A DNA stretch of 64,000 bases from positions 235,106,001-235,170,000 of the forward strand of contig CM097885.1 of the NCBI GenBank assembly GCA_044892525.1. The letters run 5' to 3'. The translations under genes were made by a program, and so were the position numbers. The stretch is from Schmidtea polychroa. Its lineage: Eukaryota. This document shows, in pieces, positions 47,228-58,800 of the stretch (within the stretch, counting starts at the first letter, position 1; every line of letters begins with the position of its first letter). The notes under the pieces were generated by a model that was given only the letters and a program-made list of their open reading frames with translations, was not told the DNA's origin and did not search any database.

Positions 47228-47977
47228 ATGTTACCAGCTGCAAAATCCGCTTTACGCCCATGCTTCTCCTGCGCGGACAAAAACGCGATTATAAAGGACC
47301 TTCAGGCCCAGATCGGGCGCTACAAAAGAAAGATAGATGAATTGGAAGGGACATGGTTTAGTCCCGCTCGAATGAAAAAGACGCAAAAGAAACTGTACAG
47401 GAGTGAGCACTGTCGTGACGCTCTAATCGCCGAGAGCCGTGCTCAAAGAAGCCTAATTAAAGAACACGCAGAAGCGCTGCACAAAGTCTACGTGCAAGCA
47501 GCCACAACACGGAAGATCGTACAGATCCCAATCAAAGAAGCCGACAATATCTTTCCGCCTCATCATAATACTTCCTCAAATCCGTCTCCACCGCTCAAAA
47601 GACCTTGTCAAGATTGCTTCGAAACAGAACTGTCGCCCAAGCAGCCAGATATTATCTTCAGGGGTACTAGCAAGGCGTTAACCCCTAGTACGTCCACATC
47701 AACCATGCTTCAACAAACTGCCGCTCCGAACAAGCCTAAGCGCAAACAACTGTCACGTGCGGAGCGCAAAAAGAGACAGCGCGAACGAAATCTAGGTAGT
47801 CAGAGTAAGGCCTCTGCGGAAAATCCGGCCAATCAAAACACCAGTTCTGCGGTGATAGACTTGACCATTGGGGTCCCCGCGCGAATTATATCAGCCGCCG
47901 GTGTAGTATGGGAAGAAAACGCTTCTGAATTCTTCGACATCGATGATTTGTTACGGGATACCGAGTGGGGAAAATGA
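47228..47977 (+). CDS. Element-encoded 249-aa protein: CxxC, coiled coil, TWFSP motif, Arg-rich motif, VIDLT, acidic tail
   Basis: Intact ORF with a homolog at 1-576. Splice acceptor TTTTACAG (47218) lies 9 nt before the ATG; AATAAA at 48093. Confidence 0.85.
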   Translation: MLPAAKSALRPCFSCADKNAIIKDLQAQIGRYKRKIDELEGTWFSPARMKKTQKKLYRSEHCRDALIAESRAQRSLIKEHAEALHKVYVQAATTRKIVQIPIKEADNIFPPHHNTSSNPSPPLKRPCQDCFETELSPKQPDIIFRGTSKALTPSTSTSTMLQQTAAPNKPKRKQLSRAERKKRQRERNLGSQSKASAENPANQNTSSAVIDLTIGVPARIISAAGVVWEENASEFFDIDDLLRDTEWGK

Positions 47978-49259
47978 GACTCTTAAGCAGAAAGTCTAGT
48001 GAATATCAACTGCATTATTACTACTACGTATGGCCCTCTGTCATACCATCCAACTGTGTATATTCATTTTTGTTGTTTATATTTGAAAAAGAAATAAATT
48101 TATTCTGTTCCAGTTGTTTTCATTAGTAAGGGTTGAACATAGAAATGCACATAGATTTTTTCGAAGTTTGATGAGTGTCAGCCAATTGGCATTCAATCTA
48201 CCGGTAATTGAGATATTCGGATAGTTCGAAATGACGTAAGACCTTCTATTGGCCGTCTAGTATGGGAAGTCGAGGCCTCAGTAAGGAGTAGTTTTAAGGC
48301 AGAAGCTCACCTGCTTACTGGTGTCTCGCCTGCATAGTGCAGTACCAACGTGAAGCAATTCACGGGCACTATGTTGGAGTGCAAGTTATGGGGGGGGGTT
48401 CTACTCCGGGTTGGAAATGTGAGGGTATTCTATGCAGGACGGGCAATCAACCCTTAGACTAGCCACGAACGAAATAGCCAACCGAGTACTAACCCCAACA
48501 TTATATTCTCCATAATATCTTCGCTCTTTGTAGCAGTTTCAAGTCTACTACAAAATAGGAACTCCTCTTTTATATAATCTGAAGAAATATATTTCACAAA
48601 GACAAACAACTGGGAACACGAGTTTATATCAGTTAATTCATCGACTTGGAAAAAAAACAATGGAAAAACCGTGATTTCATTCAAAATTTGCTCTTTGACA
48701 TTTGCTGACATGTCTGATATAATCGGATAGAAATATTCGCCGTATCTACGCTACGTAAATAATAATGTACATGAAAACTAAATGAATGGGACCGGCTTGA
48801 TCTCGGTGCATCTGAAAAATGCGAAATCTATGAGTCTGTAAATGTACTTAATCGACACTTATTTTAATTTTTATAATATTAATATTTAATTACTCTAACT
48901 TCAAAATATCTCAAAAATAAAATCTCCATTGTAGTGAATATCTAAATTTTTTTAGTTAAAAGTATAAGCTAGCGATCTTCAAGGGGGTCACGAACCATAG
49001 GTTGGAAACCTGTGTAATCATATATTTATTTAGAATTAAAAAAATTTTAAGACTATTAAATTAAATTTTAGAAATTTGAACTTATTTTAAAGACAATTAT
49101 ACACGAAATTAGATTGTTTATAAATTTTAAATTTAAAATTCCTGTTATGTTTTCTATTCTAAATGTAGTAATTTGTTTAAATAATTAAGTGTAGATTGAA
49201 ATTTTTAAATAATTTAGTTTTCATATTCCCACTTTTATTATATATTTCTTTCATTATAC

Positions 49260-52200
49260 ATGGGAAATAGTTTGACAGGTCTAACTCCTAATGCAACTGT
49301 TAGTGTTGAACAAGTTCTAGTAGATTATGAAAACTGGAAACACGAAAAGTTGTTAGGGAGTTCTCGATTTTTTAAAGTTTCTAAAATTAGGTATTATATT
49401 AAATAAATTTTATCATCTGTGGTTATTGACAATATTTCCAGATTAAAAAAGGAATGTAGAAGCGGTGTCCTTAAGGTTTTTAAATATCCTGATTCGACTA
49501 AAGGTATTGTTGAAAAATATGCTAAGATAATGCAATCTTATTGCTCATCAAATTATAGTCTTAACAATGTAATGTTATACAAAAAGTGGGTATTCTTTTA
49601 AAATAATAAACAATAGCTTATTTTCGAAAAATTTTTAAAACTAATGCAATAATTATTTTTAAAAATAAATACTAATTGCGAATATTATGTAATTAAATAG
49701 CTTATAATTGGTATAATATTTAATATTGATACAAATGATAAATAAATTATTAAAATGGTTGAATCAAATTCTAACTCGTGAAGCTTTTTATTTAATAGAT
49801 AACAAGTTATCGTTTTAAATTAAATGATAAAAATAAAGGAAATTACTAGATCTATTAGCTAAACTTTCTTGGTTATTCTCTATTTATTTACATTTTATTC
49901 TCAGAATTTAAAGATTTAATAAATCCAAAAAAAAATTTTTAATATAGTAGTTATAAATTTATTATGGGAAAGTTGATGTTTGAGTTTAACAAACGCATGA
50001 TTATAATTTTCATCGATGAACAGACAACTATAATAAAACTCTACAGGCTGCTGATTTATTCCATCTAATCTTGGCCTTCCTTTATTTTTCAGATATGAAA
50101 TTTCAATTTCAAGGCAAGATGCTACGTCAGATGCTTCTTTGAATAAGGTTTGAAAATGGTCTTTGCTGTTCTCAGTAACCGTCTCAAGCTTCTCGATGAG
50201 ATCATTGACCGATGCTATGGCAGTGCTATAATCTATTGAAGGTGATTGCAGAAGCCGACTTAACGGCAGGATGAAGTTGAACACGAATTTTAATGTGACA
50301 AGAGTAATAATGAAGTCGAAAGTCGACACTGTGTTAAGAAAACCTCGAGCTTTCACATTATCTTCGTTGTTACTCCATTCCGAAATTACATTCAACACGT
50401 CAATTGTTGGCTCGAAAAGTTCGAAGAATGTGTTGACTGCTTCGTGTCGTTCAATCCAGCGCGTTTCGCAAGTATTTTTTAGCTTTCTCCTAGCAGTTTC
50501 TGGCGTTGTTTTCTCGATTGATTTGCCAAATTCAACTTGTTTTTTCGGTGAGTTTAAGAAGTTGTAGATGCTTTTAATTGTGCCAAGACACAGGGTTATC
50601 TGCTTTACTTTGCAGCTTTCTCCAATGACCAAGTTTAATCGATGACTGAAACAATGTACGTAAGTAACCAGAGGAAATTTTTCCCGGACCATTGCCCAAA
50701 CGCCTGATTTCCTTCCACTCATCACTCTTGCTCCGTCTAAGCCAATTCCTCAACAATTTTCCATTCGTAACTTCATCGTGTTTGCCACGCTTAACAATGA
50801 GTCAGTAAGTCCTTTGGCAGTAACATCACACAAATCCGTGAGCATTAAAAATGCTTCAACAATATTATCGGCATCAATGTCGATAAAACGGAGTCCAATC
50901 GACATTTGTTCTATTCCGGAAACATCCGATGACTCGTCGGCGAGAATAGAGAAAAATTCAGACTTTATAACTTTCTGAAGAAGCTTCGTAAAAGCAATCT
51001 CATTAATTATAACGATTATTTCGTTCTGCATTGTGCTACTTAAGTATGTAGCATTTTTTGGCGAACTTTCTAATGCATTCCGGAAAAAATCGTCCCTCGA
51101 AGCAAGAAGTCTAATCAGATTTCTGAAGTTTCCGTCGTTGATGCCCTGTTGGTCGTTAAATATCCCGCCAGAATCTCTATGCCCTCGGAACGGCAATGAC
51201 TGTCGAGCGAGATAATTGATGGTGTCAAAAATTCCTTCCAAAAGAATCAAATTTTGCTTTCTTTCAACTTCTTTCTGCCTCGTCAACAGTCGTTCAATGG
51301 TTATTTCGAGGTTTTTGTTGACTACATAGAGAGTTTATGCTGTTTCAATTGATCGTAAATGGTATGGCGCTTTTGCATGAGCAGTGAAAGTTTCACGGCA
51401 CTTTTGGTAATTTATGGAAAGGTGTTCGGACAAGCAGTGATCCAACTTGATCCCCGCAAAGAAAAAGCAAAATTTGCAATAAAGTCCATCTCCTGCAACC
51501 GAGTAAATTTTCCGCTTTGTTGCCCCTTTCATTACTGCCGGGAAACTGAAGTGTGGTGGAGGATTTTTAAGCTTGCCCAAAGCATCAATTTTTTCAGAGT
51601 CATTTAATTGTGACCGCCGATATGACTCTATATCAGCTTCTTGGCTTTGAAAGGCGCTACGTTCCTCCTTTTGTTCAGACCCCCCTCCTTTTTCGGCCAC
51701 CGGTAACTCGAAGTTTTGATCGGAATCGTTTTCCTCCGTATCAACTTTTGATGTCTTAGCAAAAAATTTGGAAAGCGAACTCTGATGATGTTTTTTCATG
51801 GCTGTAAATCGATTAAAAATTAAAATTCAATGCAAGTAAAGACATAAAATATAGTTGCTATTTACTGCAACTTTACGAAATATGAAACTAATTTTATCGA
51901 GCACTAACTATAATATTGTTTATTTACACTGTATCGTCCCTTGAAAAATTTATTGGGTCATTCCATTAGGACAATCTTCGATATTCAATTAATAGAAGCT
52001 TCTTGGCTCAATTAAATGTCTCATGAGACAATTATTCGGACAAAAAAACCTAGCATTTCAATTATTTCGTGTGGAAGAAAGGGTGCAAATGCACCCTTGC
52101 ACCCCCTGGCTACGCGCCTGATATATATACATACAAATATATATTATTAAAATATATATTATATCAGTAAGGATAATTTCTAAATGAAATTATTAAGTGT

Positions 52201-53360
52201 CCCAATATCAAATTTGACAAGTCTATTATTTCCAAATGAATTTTATTTAGACTTATTTTGATAATATGAAAATGTTATTGTCAAAAGTTTTCGTTTTGCA
52301 TTTTCTACATCTGACATCTAGGTAGATGACAAAATTTCAAAGAAATTTGGGAAAATATCCTTAGCAAACCACAAAGTCTTCTAGCAATTTGGCCAATTTA
52401 CAATTTCTTTTAAAATATTCTTAGTAAACACAGCAGTTACTAGTAAATTATTAATTTTTGTTACAAATGATATTTAAAACTATTTTAAATTAATATTAAA
52501 TCACGTAATTTCCAGGACAGTTTATTTGAGATTGGAGTTTATATTGCATTTCGAAAATATTTTAAACATTACACAAATCTAAAATACTAAGATATAAAAA
52601 GTGCTAATTCGTTTTCAATAAATATGTAAAAAAATTAACTTTTGAAATAACGTAAATTTAAATGCGGTAATTTTCTCTAGCTGTTTTATAAAAAACGAAG
52701 TCGCTTTTCTACTTCGAGATTTTTCTGTCTATTCTCTCACTGTCAGAATGAGAACAAGGCCTTTTCTCACACTGGAAGAAAAGAAATGGATAGCCTTTCA
52801 AATCCTATGTGGATTAACACAATGTCACAAAGAGAGATTGAGTTCTCATTATTCTGATTCCAATAAATTTACTACTAATGAGGTTTACTAAAAATAAATT
52901 CACGGAATATTATTTCAGTTATTTTTTCAATTTTCAGTTCAGACTTTGTCATGGTGACTTAAAAACTGAAAACATAATGCTCACTGATTGGGGTTGGGTA
53001 TTTTTGGCAGATATGGCGCCATTTAAACCGGTATTTTTACCAGCAAATAATCCCAGTGAATTTTATTTCTTCTTCAACATTTCTGGTAAAGATCATCCGA
53101 CCTGTTATTTGGCACCTGAAAGATTTGTCGATTTTGCAAATACTCAAATTAACACCGATACATATGGAAATAAATCTTCTAATAGCAGGAAAACTGAAGT
53201 ATAGATAAGATTTCATTCTAGAATACAATATTTTCATTGCTGACTTTAAGGAAACTGACTCTAACGACGGCTCCTCTTCAACTAATACTTTAGATTTTAC
53301 CGACCAGTCGAAATTTGTTCTCCATCCATCAATGGATATGTTTAGCGTCGGGTAAGATGC

Positions 53361-53415
<55 letters not shown>

Positions 53416-55499
53416 TTCTTACGCCATTTATCGAAGCAGAACATTAACAAAGACACAGACGGTGCTATGGTGATGTTTATTGACCTCTCTCAACAACTAT
53501 ACACACTTAGTATTTCAATAAATTGAGGTATGGGGAACTGTGTTAAATGTTAGGGGTTATGTGATCGTGAAAATTTTCAGTAACTAGGGTATATCCGACT
53601 TTTGATCCGGAAATCTGTTTCCGCCGTATTTTCACCAAACCGATTAATTGGTATCGACACCAACGCGAAAGACCGATCCAAATGGGTTATATATTCTATT
53701 TATCATTTATAGAATGAAACAGAAATTATGTGACCTTTTTTACTCAATTTGTGTTTTAGAGATTGATTGTCATGTGTTTTCTTTATTATTGTTAAGATAT
53801 TTGGTTTAATATTTGAGATTTTTTATGCATGATTTACAAAAGATTGGATTTATGACTATTTGAAACAAATATTGGAAAAACTTGGTAAGTATAGACTTTG
53901 AGGACTATGCCGGTCGGATATTTGACTTCAAATTTTTTTAAGACCACCCCGATTAATTTTTAATTTTTTTTGTTTAAATGAAGTAATTTAATTTTTTAAA
54001 TTAATATTTATATAATTTTATTTTCTATTTTATTTTCTATTAATATTCATATAAAAGTATTTTTCTATCGTTATTTTTGCACTAAGGATGTTTTGGTTGA
54101 ATGTCAGTTGAATAGTCAGAAGGTTTTTTAATCTCGATTAAAACACCTAAAAATAAATTCACATTAAAAAGCCTAAAAATTAAAAAAATGTCCGCCTGAC
54201 CGCCCAGAAAATTGGCTAAATATCCGGCGAGGCATCATCCTCAATTTCCTCTACTTGGGTACTGTATTGAGTTCCATGTTAAAAGAAAGGGTTTAGAATA
54301 AATAAAAGCCGAGAAAACAGATTGACAAAAAATTTGATAGAAAACAATAACAAATTGCATTTACAGTTGATCTTAGGACTCTTGTAGCTGATCTAATAGC
54401 ATAAGATATATCTACAAAGGAATATTATGATTTAATAAGTAATGATAGACTCATTTTCTTATTAAATATGTCTTAGTAAAGGAGTTATATACAATTTTGG
54501 GAACATCATGAGAACAATCCATGCTTAGCTGAAATTAGCTTAAATCTATTTTTTTTCAAAATTGAACTAATATCATTTGAAAAAAAAATTGTTCCAATAC
54601 TATTTCTAATGAATTGAATAATTAGCATCATATTCTGTACTTAACATGATAGATTTTCAGGTGCATATTTATTGAATTATTTACTGACGGAATTATTCCT
54701 TTTGATTTGGAAAATCTGCTTAAATATCGCAATCGAGATGTTACAAAACTCAATAGCGTTCTTCAGAAAATCCACAATACGCATATTCAGGTTTCGGTTA
54801 ATTTATTTCAATATAATTGAAAGTTTTGGGAATGATTAGGAAATGATTAAAGATCTACTTCGTTTAAACCCAAAGGATCGCATCACGGCTGAGGAATGCC
54901 TGATTAGTCAACGTGGGAAATCATTTCCTGATGTTTTCTATCGCGACCTTAAAAGTTACATGGTTCAATATTTAGATGAAAATCTATCTGATGCCGACAT
55001 TAGAATGAAAAAATTCTATGCGTAACTGTTTAATCAAATTTTCTATTTTAGATTTTATTTTAGAGATTTTCCTCAACTCTTAAAAACCTATATTGTTTAT
55101 CCTAAAGGTCGTCACATTAAAAACGAGACATTAATTTTGTTAGTAAATTTCATAACTGCTTCCATTTTCTTAGTTGAAGAAGAACAGAGCAAAATCAATT
55201 GTTTGGTAATGTTAAAGGAACTTGGTCTCTATATGGCCAATGATATTGTATTGGATAGAATTGTTCCTTTTTTGGTAAGATTCTTGTTGTATGATTGCGT
55301 AATAATAATAATAATAATTATAATAATTATAATAATAATAATTAGTAATAATAATAATAATTAATAATAATAATAATAATAATATTAATAATAATAATAA
55401 TAATAATATTAATAATAATAATATTAATAATTAATCATAATAATAATAATTATAAAAAAATAATAAAAATAATTAATAATAATAATAATTAATAATAAT

Positions 55500-55538
<39 letters not shown>

Positions 55539-55604
55539 TAATAATAAAAATAAAAATAATTATAATAATAATTAATAATAATAATAATTAATAATAATTA
55601 TAAA

Positions 55605-55640
<36 letters not shown>

Positions 55641-55712
55641 TAATAATAAAAATAAAAATAATTATAATAATAATTAATAATAATAATAATTAATAATAAT
55701 TATAATAATAAT

Positions 55713-55770
<58 letters not shown>

Positions 55771-55836
55771 TAATAATAAAAATAAAAATAATTATAATAA
55801 TAATTAATAATAATAATAATTAATAATAATTATAAA

Positions 55837-55893
<57 letters not shown>

Positions 55894-58800
55894 TTATATT
55901 ATAAAAATAATATAAATTTTTGCATATTTTATCGATCAAACTTTCAGCTAGAATTCATAAATCACGAAGATTCCACAGAAGTGCGGAGAACGGCATTGGA
56001 TTGTGTTGTATTATCGGTGCAAGACATCAATCCAACAAATCCTGCTGACATTTCATTTTTCCCCGATTATCTACTGCCGCTTATTTGTGAATTGCAAGCT
56101 GACAAGAGTGTTGCTATAAGGTTCTCGTTTGCCCGTCACATTCCCTGTCTCGCTAAAGCATCACAGAGGTTTGTGCTTCACAAATATTGATTTGAATTAG
56201 TCTCCTGATATTTGCACTTTTAAGGTTTCTCGTCAACTGTGTGAAATTACAAAAATCAATGCAGAAATCCAAAGAAAAAATAGTAATTGATTTATTTCTC
56301 TCAAAAATATTAAATGATATTTTCTTTTTATTAACCAATTAAATGATCACATTGTATATTTTTCAAATGAGAACCGAATTCACTTGAATACTGCCTTTAA
56401 TAATGACTGGTGTATCAGTAACGGTAACTCACACTTTGATAATAATTGATAAAATAATTTTATTTGGGTTTACATAATTAAACTTACGAAGGTTGAGACT
56501 TGAAAACATTGATAACTCATTTGAAACAATGAAAATGTAATTGGTGAAGTTATTGACCAATGGAATTATTTCTGGGATATGATTGGATTATTGTTATAAT
56601 ATATCATTCATTATTATAAAAATCATCTGAAATATCAAAAAACATTTTTACTGATTCATAGTCAATATTTTTATAAATACAATGCCAACTGAAAGGAAAT
56701 CAGAGGTGAAATTTGAAAGGTGAAATCAGATTGCATACGAAAGGATACTCGATATTTGGAGATGTGGTAATTCTGACAGCCGATAAACTGTGGTTTGGGA
56801 ATGGCCTTATTCGTGAACCTATCTTTCAGCTGGACAATAACTCAGTTATGCTTCCTGGTGTTCACTGCTTTTGTACCAGCAACATTTATTTTTGATTGTT
56901 TTCCATCGATTGTATTCGTCGAAGACTTGATCAATACATTTAGTCATAGTTTCATCTTCAACATCTTTCAGTCGAAGTGCTTCTAATTTCATTTCTATTC
57001 TTTCATTTGTCCGTACCACAACTTGATATTCTGAATTTTGCCATCGAAATGTAAGGATCATTGCTGCGCCTGTAGTTTCTCTTTACCTTTAATACCTTGT
57101 CAATTTTTGTTCCTATCACTTAATCTGACACGCATGGGAATTTTAATTTAATCTTCTACAATTAGGCAACTTCAGTAGACATTTCCGCTGCGCACTCTTT
57201 CTTTCCTTTAAATTTGGCTGCAAAACTATGATATGGTCCAACAAGATGCTGTTTGAGAGGCATTCTGGATTTTTATGCTAATGAAAAATCATCCTACAGC
57301 TCACATCCTCTTCAATGCAGATTTACACGTCATCTTGATTTATAACGCAATGTAGAACGACAGTATTGTTTCCGGGATAGTTTTGATTAAAGAGTCCAAC
57401 ATCCAGATTTTTTCAAATAATATTTCGTGTTCCATCGATCATAATATTATATTACAGAAATGCATCAGAGTGTGGAAAATGACTATTTTTTCTTTTTTTA
57501 ATTTATTATATTTTTTTAATTCGCTGGGTACCATAATTCTCCTATTACTAATTTAGATAGTGATGTCACAATATGTTTTATTTACATATTGGAATTTCTG
57601 AATAAATGAATATATAGTTTTGAATAACTCTGTAAAATGCAGAAACTGTAAATTAAAATTAAAAACTTCAAATACTAATTTTCTTATTCTTTTTTCTTTA
57701 AATATATTTGACAATTTAGAAATCGATTTATTTATTAATATTATTTTTCTAATTGATTTCATTATGATATACATAAATATATAAATTAAAGATTTAGGAA
57801 ATCATATTAAAATAATACAATAAGTGAGTACAATCTAATAAAATCTATTTATTTTTCCATCGATTTTTTCATCTTCATTTCTTCCCAGACCATATTTTAA
57901 TATTTTACTTTATATACAACAGAATATTGATCATTAGTCTGAAACAAATGAAGATGATAGAAATTGTATATTTTCAAAAATGTTTCTTTTAAATTGTCTT
58001 TTTAATTAATTTATATTCATTTCATTTTAAGGCAATCAAATATGAGAGTGAGTTATTACATCTGCGTGAACTTTTCAAGGATATTGTCATTAATCTTTTT
58101 GCCGAGGAAGACGTTCAAATCAAATGCTATGTTTCTCAACCACATTATTTGAGTGATTTGGCCGAATTCTTTAGCATTAATAGAGCGATTGATATTCTCT
58201 TGTCACATTTGATTACATTTCTCAACGATAAAGTTAGTTTGTTTTTCTACACAATACAAAATATGAGAGACAAAATTTTGTAATATTTGTTAATATTTAA
58301 AATTTCATTTTTCATAAAATTACTTACATAAAAAATTTCAGGCAAACTTTACTGTCAGATCTTCGTTTTACAAATGTATTCCAGAGGTTGTACAAATTAT
58401 GGGCATTCAAAGCTTGACTCTCATACAATCGTTATTGAATCAAGGATTACAGGATTGCAACCTTCAAGTAGTGGAAATATGTTGTCATAGTTTATCCAAA
58501 ATGATTCGTTTAAAATTGATGCCGGATTGGCTTAAATCAGATTTATTTCCCAATGTTGTTGCATTGTTTTCTTTGCCATATAATAGCCTCAGAATGGTTG
58601 CTCTCGATTATACAATCAGCTTCTGTACTCACACATCTCTAGCCACAGTTTATACGAGCTTTCTAAAATGTGATCCATACTCTTGTATATTTAAGTAATT
58701 CAATTTTTGAAATGTTTATTGATAAAAATCAAATATTATCAACTACTGTAACATTTGAACTCATCAAATATTTGGCTTTAAAATGAATTTTGTTTCAGTA

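Larger units (their letters stand above)
44640..48500 (+). mobile_element. Family A LTR-like element, copy 2, complete (3861 bp)
   Basis: TGTTGGGCTG...AACCCCAACA with 4-bp TSD TTAT. Removing it restores the host transposase reading frame. Confidence 0.92.
44275..49014 (-). mobile_element. Buster/Charlie-type hAT relic (ZBED5/FAM200-like transposase fragment) split by family A copy 2
   Basis: FQVDELTD...EEFLFC...EDIMENI rejoins INTFF...WENVSGVCTDDAPS across the TTAT TSD. Charlie-like end GGTTTCCAACCTATGGTTCGTGACCCC near 49010. Confidence 0.8.

Noticed and set aside
44640..48500. Autonomous Ginger DNA transposon
   Set aside because: No integrase/transposase ORF and only ~7-bp inverted termini.
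53037..53456. 139-aa minus-strand ORF with poly-Ile
   Set aside because: Antisense to PIK3R4 exons and running through an (ATT)n microsatellite.
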